A stretch of 51,554 bases of DNA, taken from the NCBI GenBank assembly GCA_038214085.1, contig JBBQSF010000003.1:1-51554 (forward strand), in the 5' to 3' direction. The translations under genes were made by a program, and so were the position numbers. The notes under the pieces are model-generated. The model did not search any database. It saw only the letters and a list, made by a program, of their open reading frames with translations, and was not told where the DNA came from. Position 1 is the stretch's first letter. Each line of letters begins with the position of its first letter. This document shows positions 1-9,130 of this stretch, in pieces. Source of the DNA: Bacteroidales bacterium (GTDB lineage Bacteria; Bacteroidota; Bacteroidia; Bacteroidales; CG2-30-32-10).

Positions 1-1257
1 GTTGGCAATGCACAAGAGAAAAAAGAAGAACCAAAATTTGGAATTAAATTTTCGGGATTTGTTAAGACGGATATTTTTTACGACACGCGCCAAACAGTGA
101 ATATTCGTGAAGGTCATTTTTTACTTTATCCTGATAATATTTTGCCTGATGCAGACAAAACAGATATTAACGCTCATGCAGGTTTTAATATGTTATCCAT
201 ACAGTCTCGGTTAAAAGGTGCCATAAGCGGCCCTGATGCTTTTGGTGCAAAAACATCGGGTGTTTTAGAAGCCGATTTTTTCGGAAATTCTGGATCCGGG
301 CTGGATGATGTGAATGGATTCCGATTGCGTCATGCTTTTGTGAAGTTAAACTGGAAATCCACAGAATTGCTTGTAGGTCAGTATTGGAATCCTAATTTTA
401 TTGCTGAATCCTATCCCGGTGTTGTTTCTTTCAATACTGGCGGACCGTTTCAGCCATTTGCTCGCAATCCGCAAATACGTTTCTCAAAAACGTTTGGCGG
501 TTTAAAAGTGATTGCATGTGCATATGCTCAACGCGATTTTACAAGTGTGGGCCCTGAGTATGCAATAGTGAATGGAAAGTATACTTCAACAGCATTGGCA
601 AGTTCAAAGTTTTTACGCAACAGTGGAACTCCTGATGCGCATTTGCAAATTCAATACAAATCCGATTCAGCAAATTATATTGTTGGAGCCGGAATTGATT
701 ATAAAACAATCACACCTGAATTATACACTGTTAACAATGCTGCTACAAAAAGATATGCCTCCGATCAAACATTGTCAAGCATTTCTGCCGTAGCTTTTGC
801 AAGCAAAAAATTCAAGCCGGTTACGGTTAGGGTTGAAGGAGTTTATGCCCAGAACGCTTACGATGTCATTATGATTGGGGGATACGCAGTGAAAGAGATA
901 ACAGATACAGCAACAGGAGCCAAAGAATTTACCAACCTTAATACTGCTTCGGCATGGGCCGATTTCCAATCAACAGGAAAAAAAGTGCAATTTGGAATTT
1001 TTGGGGGCTTTTCGAAAAACATGGGATCCAATGATTCCATTCAAGGAACCATTTATGCAAGAGGCTCAAATATTGATTATTTATATCGGGTAGCTCCAAG
1101 AGTTGTTTTTCTTGCAGGAAAACTCAGTATTGCCATAGAAGCAGAATATACATTCGCAATGTACGGAACTGCCAACGGGGATAAAAAAGGCGGAGTAACA
1201 AATGGTCAGGCGGTAGCAAATACACGCGGATTATTGGCATTTATTTATAATTTTTAA
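1..1257 (+). CDS. DcaP-like outer-membrane beta-barrel/porin (5' end lies outside the window)
   Basis: Frame 1 is open from base 1 (VGNAQEKKEEPKFGIKFSGFVKTDIFYDTRQ...), upstream of the track's GTG at 97. Motifs EADFFG and FRLRHAFVKLNW..LLVGQYW, amphipathic strands and a C-terminal aromatic signature (IYNF). Confidence 0.65.
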   Translation, partial: VGNAQEKKEEPKFGIKFSGFVKTDIFYDTRQTVNIREGHFLLYPDNILPDADKTDINAHAGFNMLSIQSRLKGAISGPDAFGAKTSGVLEADFFGNSGSGLDDVNGFRLRHAFVKLNWKSTELLVGQYWNPNFIAESYPGVVSFNTGGPFQPFARNPQIRFSKTFGGLKVIACAYAQRDFTSVGPEYAIVNGKYTSTALASSKFLRNSGTPDAHLQIQYKSDSANYIVGAGIDYKTITPELYTVNNAATKRYASDQTLSSISAVAFASKKFKPVTVRVEGVYAQNAYDVIMIGGYAVKEITDTATGAKEFTNLNTASAWADFQSTGKKVQFGIFGGFSKNMGSNDSIQGTIYARGSNIDYLYRVAPRVVFLAGKLSIAIEAEYTFAMYGTANGDKKGGVTNGQAVANTRGLLAFIYNF

Positions 1258-1289
1258 TCTCAGCATTAACAATTAAAACGTAAAGTTTT

Positions 1290-1323
1290 CGCCCGAACAC
1301 ATTTGTTGTTCGGGCGTTTTTTT
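1290..1323 (+). terminator. Intrinsic terminator after the porin gene
   Basis: 10-bp perfect stem CGCCCGAACA/TGTTCGGGCG followed by a T run. Confidence 0.85.
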
Positions 1324-1505
1324 AGTTGGGTATTATCACCAAAACAATTCATCAGAATAAATTTGTTTAATTTTTAGTTGTCAGTATAATAAAATATAAT
1401 CTATTTATTTTTTCTTTATGACCTTTCTTGAAATTAAAAAAACTTGCAAGATTTAGATGGAATTCGTATCTTTAAAAGATAAATTTGTTTATAAAAAAAA
1501 GAAAA

Positions 1506-1895
1506 ATGAAGAAGATATTAATAATAATGTTTGCCTTGTTTTTATCCGTGGTTTGTAAATCGCAATCCACAAATTTTATTGCAAAAGATTTTTCAAAGCA
1601 TACTTTGATAACTAACCTTGATTATTCAAATTTAGATTTTGGAAGTAATTCCAAAAAAGTCTCATGCTATTCTTTCGATCTCAAATTAATGTCGCCACAA
1701 AATGGATTGTTTTACGATCCTCAATACTACCAATAGGTTTACTTCGATAATATTCTCAATTCCAATAATAAAAAATATTTTGTGTACAACCTGCATCATT
1801 ATGTAAATGATCCAATAGCACCATATTCAAATTTTAATATTGCATTGGTTGGGGGAACATTAAATTATTTGATTCTGTTATTTGAGAAGAAATAA
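1506..1895 (+). pseudogene. Secreted hypothetical protein interrupted by an in-frame TAG at 1734-1736
   Basis: ATG at 1506 with a signal peptide (MKKILIIMFALFLSVVCKSQ). After the TAG the frame stays open for 52 codons to TAA at 1893-1895, followed by a terminator. Confidence 0.6.
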
Positions 1896-1916
1896 AAAAA
1901 TTCTTGAGTAATAAAA

Positions 1917-1944
1917 AAAAATCGCCCCGAAAAGAGCGATTTTT
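1917..1944. terminator. Bidirectional terminator-like hairpin
   Basis: AAAAATCGC/GCGATTTTT stem with A/T tracts, between convergent genes. Confidence 0.65.
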
Positions 1945-1966
1945 ATATTTGAGTTTAATCTGTTTT

Positions 1967-2030
1967 TATACCGATACTTAATTCGTAGTAGTCCAAAAAA
2001 AAGGACTCCAACGATTTCATGATCGGCATT
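1967..2030. repeat. Imperfect palindromic element (MITE/REP-like)
   Basis: Arms ATACCGATACTTAATTCGTAGTAGTCC and GGACTCCAACGATTTCATGATCGGCAT pair at about 20/27 positions. Shares the ATACCnATACTTA end with the adjacent 59-bp element. Confidence 0.5.
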
Positions 2031-2089
2031 TACCATACTACTAAGCAAGAAATAGTCTTTGGCCTATTTCTTACTAAGTATTGGTATTA
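2031..2089 (-). repeat. 59-bp palindromic dispersed repeat, copy 1 (MITE/REP-like)
   Basis: Its reverse complement matches 27849-27907 at 57/59 positions. Internally palindromic and overlaps the korB stop codon. Confidence 0.85.
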
Positions 2090-3124
2090 CTTAATTTCCC
2101 ATGTGTCACCGCTGTTTAGCAGGTCGTCAACACATTTGATTAATGAGGTAGCTTTCGCAGATTTGATCTGTTCTTCCACCATGTCATCATAAGTCGGGAA
2201 CATCGCAGAACGAATAACGCCCAATGCTACAGGATAAAAAGGAGGTTCCATTTTTGCAAGCATTAAGTGAACCCCGGGATCTTGTTCGTACTGGTCGTGG
2301 ATAAGCAGGTCATCTTCAGAAATGCTGTTCACCCCAATTTGAACCACTTCGAGTTTGGTTCCTTTTAATCGGATACCTTTTTCTTTATTCTTACCGAAAA
2401 TCATTGGTTCACCGTTTTTAAGAATGAGCATCTGATCCTCACGAATATCTTTAGCCGTGATTGACTGATGAGCACCATCATTAAAAATAATACAGTTTTC
2501 CAGTATTTCCACAACAGAAGTTCCGTCGTGTTTTGCGGCTTCAAACATTACTTCGGTCATCAATTTTGGATTGGTGTCCACTACTCTTGCAAAGAAAGTT
2601 CCCTGTGCGCCTAAAACAAGTTCACCAGGATTAAACGGGTGTTCAATAGTTCCCTGGGGAGATGTTTTGGTAACACTTCCTAATGGGGAAGTAGGAGAAT
2701 ATTGTCCTTTGGTAAGCCCGTAAATTTGATTGTTGAACAGCATAATGTTCAAATCAACATTGCGGCGGATTATGTGTATAAAATGATTTCCACCAATTGC
2801 CATTGAATCTCCATCGCCGGTTGCTACCCATACACTTAAGTGTGGATTTGCAATTTTAACGCCCGTTGCAATTGGATTTGCTCTTCCATGGATTCCGTGA
2901 AAGCCATAAGTGTTTACGTAATATGGAAAGCGAGATGAGCATCCAATTCCGGAAACCATCATAAAGTTTTCTTTTTTGTAACCAATTTTAGGAAATACAC
3001 TGGCCACAGATGATAAAATGGCATGACCTCCGCATCCGGGACACCATTTAACCATTTGGTCGCTCACAAAGTCTTCTTTTGACAGCGGTACCCTTGATCT
3101 TTCAACTGTTAAGTTTTCTTCCAT
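2087..3124 (-). CDS. korB: 2-oxoacid:ferredoxin oxidoreductase subunit beta
   Basis: WCPGCG, SGIGCSSR, HGIHGR and the TPP-binding GDGD..IGGNH..NN.IYGLTKGQYSPT motifs. Confidence 0.95.
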   Translation of the reverse strand: MEENLTVERSRVPLSKEDFVSDQMVKWCPGCGGHAILSSVASVFPKIGYKKENFMMVSGIGCSSRFPYYVNTYGFHGIHGRANPIATGVKIANPHLSVWVATGDGDSMAIGGNHFIHIIRRNVDLNIMLFNNQIYGLTKGQYSPTSPLGSVTKTSPQGTIEHPFNPGELVLGAQGTFFARVVDTNPKLMTEVMFEAAKHDGTSVVEILENCIIFNDGAHQSITAKDIREDQMLILKNGEPMIFGKNKEKGIRLKGTKLEVVQIGVNSISEDDLLIHDQYEQDPGVHLMLAKMEPPFYPVALGVIRSAMFPTYDDMVEEQIKSAKATSLIKCVDDLLNSGDTWEIK

Positions 3125-3127
3125 GGC

Positions 3128-4981
3128 TTATTTCTCCTTTAATATTTTGGTAAAGTTATCAACTAATTCGCTTTGCGTAAACGGCAAAGACTGGGTCTTG
3201 TTCAATTGCAAATATTGGTGTTGCGGATGTTTCATACGCAGGTAATTTACAAATTGGCCGGCATTAAGTTCGCAAACCACAATTTTTTTGAATTTTGCAA
3301 AGATATCCGCAGTATTTTTTGGCAATGGCATGATATAATTGAAATGCGCATGGCTTACTTTGTGTCCTTTTTCCTGCATTTCCTGAACACCAGTAAGAAT
3401 ACTTCCATAAGTACCACCCCAGCTTACTACTAATAGATCACCTTCTTTTTCGCCATAAACTTCCAGTTCAGGAATAAAATCAGCTACCTTTTCAACTTTC
3501 TCAGCCCTGAGTTTCGTCATCAATTCGTGGTTCAGCGAATCTGTAGAAACGGTACCAGTAATATTTTCCTTTTCAAGTCCGCCAACTCTATGGCGTAAGC
3601 CTTCGGTTCCGGGTATTGCCCAACCTCTTACCAATGTTTCAGGATTACGAAGATAGGGTTTGTAATTTGGATCGTTTGCTTTTACAATTGGAGGATTTAT
3701 CGCAGGTAGATCTTTTACTTTAGGGATTCTGAATAATTGTGAGCCGTTTCCGAGTGCTCCGTCAGTAAGAAGTATTACAGGAGTCATGTGTTCCATAGAA
3801 TATTTTGCCGACATGTAAGCATAATAAAAACAATCGGCAGGAGTAGAGGCTGCTATTACAATAACAGGGCATTCGCCATTTCGTCCAAACAAAGCTTGAT
3901 AAAGGTCAGACTGTTCTGATTTTGTGGGTAAACCTGTAGATGGCCCTCCCCGCTGAACATTAACAATAACAAGTGGAAGCTCAGTAATAACTGCAAGTCC
4001 AATGGCTTCGCTTTTGAGTGATAAACCAGGCCCTGATGTAGTAGTAATGGCAAGAGATCCTGTAAAACTTGCACCAATGGCGGAACAAATACCTGCAATT
4101 TCGTCTTCTGCCTGAAATACTTTTGCGCCAAGAGATTTGTGTTTTGCAAGTTCGATAAGAATTTCAGTTGCAGGAGTAATAGGATAAGAACCTAAAAACA
4201 ATGGGCGTTCAGAACGTTCGGAAGCAGCAAGTAAACCCCATGCAGTTGCAATATTACCAGTAATATTACGGTAACGACCTTTATCCATTTTTGCTTTTGG
4301 CACCTCAACAACATGAGATTCCAGTGCTTCCATAGTGTCGGCATAATTATAACCTGCTTGTAAAACAGCTTTGTTTGCCAGAACTACTTGTGGATTCTTT
4401 TTGAATTTTTTTTCGAAAAACTCAAAAGTGTGTTCTAATTTACGACTGAAAAGGTAATAGACGATTCCCAGAGTAAACATGTTTCTGGTTTTGTCAGCCA
4501 TTTTGCCTTCTATGTTAATTTCTTTAAGCACTGCACGGGTTATAGAACTAACCGGAGCCGCAACCAGATTATATTTTTGAAGACTGCCATCAGTAGTAGG
4601 GTTGCTTTTATAACCAGCTTTTTCGATGGTTTTTTCATCAAAAGAATCGTTGTCAACAATAATGGTTGCACCGATTTTAGCCCACTTTAAGTTCGATTTT
4701 AGAGATGCAGGATTCATACATACCAGTACATCGCAGAAATCTCCAATGGTGTTGATTTTGTTTTTCCCAAAATGAACCTGGAATCCTGATACTCCTGCAA
4801 CAGTATTATGTGGAGCTCTGATTTCAGCAGGATAATCTGGAAAAGTAGAAAGGTCGTTGCCATCAAGTGCGGCTGCATCAGAAAATAATGTTCCGATCAA
4901 TTGCATGCCATCACCCGAATCGCCCACAAACTTTACTACAACATTATCCTGTTCGGTAATGTTTTTTTTCTTGGTAGCCAT
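3128..4981 (-). CDS. korA: 2-oxoacid:ferredoxin oxidoreductase subunit alpha (fused gamma-alpha)
   Basis: GDSGDGMQL, DYPAEIR, YPITPATE, QAEDEIA, TSGPG and QRGGPSTGLPTK motifs. Substrate specificity cannot be proven from sequence. Confidence 0.95.
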   Translation of the reverse strand: MATKKKNITEQDNVVVKFVGDSGDGMQLIGTLFSDAAALDGNDLSTFPDYPAEIRAPHNTVAGVSGFQVHFGKNKINTIGDFCDVLVCMNPASLKSNLKWAKIGATIIVDNDSFDEKTIEKAGYKSNPTTDGSLQKYNLVAAPVSSITRAVLKEINIEGKMADKTRNMFTLGIVYYLFSRKLEHTFEFFEKKFKKNPQVVLANKAVLQAGYNYADTMEALESHVVEVPKAKMDKGRYRNITGNIATAWGLLAASERSERPLFLGSYPITPATEILIELAKHKSLGAKVFQAEDEIAGICSAIGASFTGSLAITTTSGPGLSLKSEAIGLAVITELPLVIVNVQRGGPSTGLPTKSEQSDLYQALFGRNGECPVIVIAASTPADCFYYAYMSAKYSMEHMTPVILLTDGALGNGSQLFRIPKVKDLPAINPPIVKANDPNYKPYLRNPETLVRGWAIPGTEGLRHRVGGLEKENITGTVSTDSLNHELMTKLRAEKVEKVADFIPELEVYGEKEGDLLVVSWGGTYGSILTGVQEMQEKGHKVSHAHFNYIMPLPKNTADIFAKFKKIVVCELNAGQFVNYLRMKHPQHQYLQLNKTQSLPFTQSELVDNFTKILKEK

Positions 4982-5013
4982 ATAATTATAAGTTAGGGTT
5001 TATTATTATTCTG

Positions 5014-5021
5014 CAAAATTA
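5014..5021 (-). promoter_or_regulatory. Bacteroidota sigmaA -7 element for korAB
   Basis: TAATTTTG on the minus strand about 30 nt upstream of the ATG, matching TAnnTTTG. Confidence 0.6.
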
Positions 5022-5161
5022 ATGAATTATTAAAGTCTGTCAGAAAAATCCCAGATTTTATTTTTGGTTTGTAATGCTTTTAAAATCAGTAAGAAATCTA
5101 AATATGCGGAATCCAATTTGTAATTATTCTCATTGAATATTTGCATTTGCACCTTTTAGTA

Positions 5162-5192
5162 TTGACAAAGCAAAAGAAATGTTATAGTTTTG
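5162..5192 (+). promoter_or_regulatory. Bacteroidota sigmaA promoter (-33/-7)
   Basis: TTG-N20-TAGTTTTG upstream of the ATG at 5212. Confidence 0.65.
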
Positions 5193-5211
5193 CTTTATCA
5201 TAAAATTAAGA

Positions 5212-6105
5212 ATGAAAGATAAATTAATTTACTTGTTTTTTCTGATATTCTCAGGTTTCCCTTTTTTTGCTTATTCACAAACACCATTATCCGATAGTGC
5301 AAGAAAGAGCCCTTTAAACTATTTGGGAATGAATGGTATCAAGGAGTCCTTATCAATTCAAAAAGTAATTTCTGTAAATGAAACCAGTTTATTTCCACTT
5401 ATTCTTACAAAAAAATCACGCTGTCTCATATATATGAGTGAATATAAAACCAAAGATTCACCTGTTGAAAAAAAAGATGTTCTTTACTTTTGCTGGGACA
5501 AAGAAAAAAACCATCATGAGCAAGGAAGTCTACTATTGAACGACAGTATGGAGTCCCTTTACAAAATAAAAGACCCTGAAGAGTTTTTTTTTATAACTAT
5601 CAATCAGGATGTTTTTATGGCATCTGAAATTGATCAGGGGAAAATAAAATTTTCAAAACAGAACATCAATACAAAGTACTATGAAGGGAATGCCTGTGTC
5701 AGTCCTGATGGAAATTCGTTATATTTTGTAAGTAACAGAGATGGCGGTTATGGAGGGAAAGATATTTACGGTTGCGAAAAACTGAGCGACGGCAACTGGA
5801 GTACACCATATAATCTTGGTTCAAAAATAAATACACCTGTCGACGAAGAATCTCCTTTTCTGCTTGCTGATGGGGTTACATTGTTTTTTAGTTCGAAGGG
5901 GCATGATTCTTTTGGCGGTTTTGATATATTTACTTCAACTTTGTCTGATGAAGGATATTGGTCGGAGCCGGAAAATATAGGTTATCATATAAATACAACT
6001 TTTGACGAATTAAATTATGTTTCGGACGAATACGGCACATTTGGATATTTTTCAAGCAATAAAGACTCATATAAGTACTTCGATGTTTATTTCATAAATT
6101 ATTAA
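5212..6105 (+). CDS. Secreted PD40 (WD40-like/TolB-type) beta-propeller protein
   Basis: Signal peptide; repeats SPDGNSLYFVSNRDGGYGGKDIY, NLGSKINTPVDEESPF and FFSSKGHDSFGGFDIF; no OmpA domain. Confidence 0.8.
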   Translation: MKDKLIYLFFLIFSGFPFFAYSQTPLSDSARKSPLNYLGMNGIKESLSIQKVISVNETSLFPLILTKKSRCLIYMSEYKTKDSPVEKKDVLYFCWDKEKNHHEQGSLLLNDSMESLYKIKDPEEFFFITINQDVFMASEIDQGKIKFSKQNINTKYYEGNACVSPDGNSLYFVSNRDGGYGGKDIYGCEKLSDGNWSTPYNLGSKINTPVDEESPFLLADGVTLFFSSKGHDSFGGFDIFTSTLSDEGYWSEPENIGYHINTTFDELNYVSDEYGTFGYFSSNKDSYKYFDVYFINY

Positions 6106-6192
6106 AAAAATTTCTGCCCTTTTAATTAATTAGAATTCATAAAAATTGGGGATTTTTTACAAAAAAAAGATCGTTATTTCATTTTATCAGAT

Positions 6193-6200
6193 TATCTTTG
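6193..6200 (+). promoter_or_regulatory. sigmaA -7 element for the ferredoxin gene
   Basis: TATCTTTG 30 nt upstream of the ATG at 6231. Confidence 0.6.
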
Positions 6201-6230
6201 CAGAAGTTAATAACTTAAATTCCAAAAACA

Positions 6231-6398
6231 ATGGCTTATAAGATTACTGAAGATTGTACTGCATGCGGTACATGCATAGATGAATGCCCTGTGGAAGCAA
6301 TTTCCGAAGGCGAAATCTATAAAATTGATGCTGAAGTTTGCACAGACTGTGGTGCTTGTGCAGATGTATGTCCGGTTGAAGCAATTCATCCTGAATAA
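6231..6398 (+). CDS. 2[4Fe-4S] clostridial-type ferredoxin, 55 aa (not in the ORF track)
   Basis: Hand translation MAYKITEDCTACGTCIDECPVEAISEGEIYKIDAEVCTDCGACADVCPVEAIHPE*, with two CxxCxxCxxxCP motifs. Confidence 0.97.
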   Translation: MAYKITEDCTACGTCIDECPVEAISEGEIYKIDAEVCTDCGACADVCPVEAIHPE

Positions 6399-6448
6399 TT
6401 GCATATTTGGTAAAGAAATTTACTGCTAACAGTTTTAAATTACAAAAT

Positions 6449-6484
6449 AAGTGAGTTCTGATAATTCGGGGCTCACTTTTTTTT
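6449..6484 (+). terminator. Intrinsic terminator between the two ferredoxin genes
   Basis: AAGTGAGTTCTGA/TCGGGGCTCACTT stem (with G-U pairs) followed by a T run. Confidence 0.75.
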
Positions 6485-6500
6485 AAAAAATCACTTAATT

Positions 6501-6812
6501 ATGCCATACAAAATTATTTCTTCCTGTATCCGAACTCATGCCTGTATTCCCCGCTGTCCGAATAATGCTATTTACAAAGCTGGAGAAGAATGGAGTATGG
6601 CAGATGGTACAAATCATCCCGATACGGCTAAACAGCCTGCACTATCAGGAAATCTCACTTATATTGTACCTGAAAAATGCAACGATTGTATTGGCCTTTT
6701 TGAAGAGCCACAATGTGTAGATGTCTGTCCAACTGGAGCAATAATTCCTGATCTTGACAAGCAGGAAAGCAAAGAAACTTTGCTGAACAAAAAAAAACTG
6801 CTGCACGGCTAA
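6501..6812 (+). CDS. YfhL/Allochromatium-type ferredoxin with an altered first cluster motif
   Basis: CIRTHACIPRCP, CxxC-x8-CxxxCP and a C-terminal helix ESKETLLNKKKLLHG. Confidence 0.85.
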   Translation: MPYKIISSCIRTHACIPRCPNNAIYKAGEEWSMADGTNHPDTAKQPALSGNLTYIVPEKCNDCIGLFEEPQCVDVCPTGAIIPDLDKQESKETLLNKKKLLHG

Positions 6813-6861
6813 GCCAAATGCAGCAGTTTATTCAGATTATTTTTATTTTTAAATAACGTTA

Positions 6862-9003
6862 TTAAAACCTGATTTTGATACTTCCAAAAATTTCCCTTGC
6901 AGCAGCGGGTTGATATGAATTTCCATCGGGATCTGGTTCTGTAAATGCCATATATTTGGTATCTGCAATATTTTTTACTGCAAGACTGCATTCACCTGTT
7001 ATTCCTTTAATTGTCCACTGATAAGAAACACGAGCATGATACAGGTTAAATCCATCCTGCCAGTTTTGGTAAATTGCCGGGTCGAGTGAACCGCTGTATG
7101 CGCTTGCATCTGTATAAATCGCCCACTTTGATTGCAATTCAGTTCCTAAACTAACTTTAAAGTTTTTGTTGATTGAATATACTGCTTCGGCGTATAGCTG
7201 GTGTTTTGGCGAATTTGGTAACCATTGGCCTACAGCGGGAGGAACTGTTAATACATATGCGGTATCAGTATAAACAGGGTCAATAGTTGCTGAAGTGTAT
7301 TGATAATCAGCATAAGTGTATGCAACAGATAAACTCAAATTCTTCAATGCCTTGTAAATGATGAGCGTTTCTATGCCTTTGCGTTTGCTGTTTCCTGCAT
7401 TTCCATAAAAAACTTCTTGGTTTCCTCTGCCGCTTTGTTTGAAACGGAAAAAGTCGTTTTCGGTATTCATGTTAAATCCGGTTACTTCGTAATATAATTT
7501 GTTTCCAATAAAACCTCTTAAACCAAATTCAATACAATCAGATGTTGCGGGAACCAGATGTGTGTTGAATCCACTATAACCTACTGGATTGTTTGCAAGT
7601 TCTTCTGTGGATGGAGGCATAAATCCCTGACTGAAATTTCCAAAAGCAGTAATTGCATCGGCGAAAGAATAGCTTGCACCAACCCTTAGCGTGGTTTTTG
7701 TAAAATCTTTATTTGTAGTGGCAGTATCAGATCCAACCATTTTATTGGTAAGTTCGTTTTGCATGTCGTCATATCTTACGCTTCCTATCAGACTGAATTT
7801 TTTAATATCAAGCTTGTACAAAAAGAAGGCGCCGAAAGCTTTTTGCGAAATGATCTGATTGGCAAGCAGGCTGTCGGTTTCAATGTTGGTTTCGTCAATA
7901 CTTTCAACTCTGTTAACATTGGCAGCACTTTCCAATTTGTACATGTTTATATTCTGCCATTTCAAATCAGTTCCTACGCTGAAATTGTGTTTAATGTTTT
8001 CTGATCCCAAATGTAAATTATACTGGGCGCTTAAACCCGGAACGGTATAATCTCTGTATTCAGCACATTTATTGCTGGTTTCCTTGTATTTCCACGAACG
8101 CAAATATGAGCTGATCTTTACATCTTGTTTGTCGCTGATTATGTATGAACCGATAAGACCTGTAGTGGTTCTGTTTGTTTTTTGATATTCGTTAAACGGG
8201 CATGCGTCAGGGTTGGCCTGCAACAGGTTGTCAAACTGAGTAATATTAAGACCTTCAGGATTCTGCTGGAAATAATCAACATGAGAAAAAACCTGAGTAA
8301 TCATGAGGTTTTTTATAGGATGAAAATTGATCTTTTCGTATAATTTATTGCCCCAGTATGCCTGATGATCACGGTATCCGTCGCCACCGTTTCGGGAATA
8401 GCTGACTCTGTAATCAAAATCCTGTTTAGAGCCATCGAGCTGAACCAGTGACTTCATAAAACCATTTGAGCCAACATATTGGCTGATCTCACCGCCAAAA
8501 GGTTTTAAACCGCCATCGTTTGTTGTAATATTAAGCATTCCGGCAGCACCGCTTCCACCATATAAACTTGCTGCAGGACCACGCAAAACTTCAATGTTTT
8601 TAATTGTGCTCCAGTCCACATCATATAAATCAGGTGCAAACCCTGAAGGATCATTGATTTGAATTCCATCAAGCATAACCCCGATTCCCCTTAAACCGCG
8701 CTCGGTAAGTATTCCCTGTCCTCGAATGGATAAGTGAACACGTTCGCCGTCATGCTGATTATCAATTCTTACGCCAGGTACCAAACGCAGGGCTTCTTCC
8801 GCACCAATGGATTTTGGCATAAGCGAAATTTGATTATAGCCTACAAAAGTGATTGATCCGGGATTGTTTTTTAAAAAAAATGGAATTCTGTTGGATGTTA
8901 TGATTATTTCTTTTAGTGTATTTATTGAAGTGGTGTCCAAAGGGCTTTGTGCTGCAAGCATACCGCTCAAAACCACAAAAACCATTGTGAATATCTTTTT
9001 CAT
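6862..9003 (-). CDS. TonB-dependent receptor
   Basis: Signal peptide, TonB-box-like EIIITS, plug motifs SIRGQG and IEVLRGPAASLYGGSGAAGMLNITT, C-terminal barrel strand ending in F. Confidence 0.93.
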   Translation of the reverse strand: MKKIFTMVFVVLSGMLAAQSPLDTTSINTLKEIIITSNRIPFFLKNNPGSITFVGYNQISLMPKSIGAEEALRLVPGVRIDNQHDGERVHLSIRGQGILTERGLRGIGVMLDGIQINDPSGFAPDLYDVDWSTIKNIEVLRGPAASLYGGSGAAGMLNITTNDGGLKPFGGEISQYVGSNGFMKSLVQLDGSKQDFDYRVSYSRNGGDGYRDHQAYWGNKLYEKINFHPIKNLMITQVFSHVDYFQQNPEGLNITQFDNLLQANPDACPFNEYQKTNRTTTGLIGSYIISDKQDVKISSYLRSWKYKETSNKCAEYRDYTVPGLSAQYNLHLGSENIKHNFSVGTDLKWQNINMYKLESAANVNRVESIDETNIETDSLLANQIISQKAFGAFFLYKLDIKKFSLIGSVRYDDMQNELTNKMVGSDTATTNKDFTKTTLRVGASYSFADAITAFGNFSQGFMPPSTEELANNPVGYSGFNTHLVPATSDCIEFGLRGFIGNKLYYEVTGFNMNTENDFFRFKQSGRGNQEVFYGNAGNSKRKGIETLIIYKALKNLSLSVAYTYADYQYTSATIDPVYTDTAYVLTVPPAVGQWLPNSPKHQLYAEAVYSINKNFKVSLGTELQSKWAIYTDASAYSGSLDPAIYQNWQDGFNLYHARVSYQWTIKGITGECSLAVKNIADTKYMAFTEPDPDGNSYQPAAAREIFGSIKIRF

Positions 9004-9130
9004 AATTGTTTTTTTTATTGTTAATAATAAGTCATGCCCCTCTACCGAAACATAAAGGTTAAATAAACAATTCTTGCAATATCAAAAAATGCTGATATAC
9101 GCAAAAGTGAAATTACGGCAAAGGTGAAAA

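Noticed and set aside
1734-1736. Genome-wide TAG recoding (alternative genetic code)
   Set aside because: TAG appears to end normal genes here (21306-21308 and 23197-23199 on the minus strand), and the long conserved genes contain no internal TAG.
1967-2089. Possible CRISPR repeats
   Set aside because: No regularly spaced direct repeats with unique spacers and no cas genes; these are palindromes.
6207-6404. 65-aa minus-strand ORF in the track
   Set aside because: Antisense shadow of the real ferredoxin at 6231-6398.
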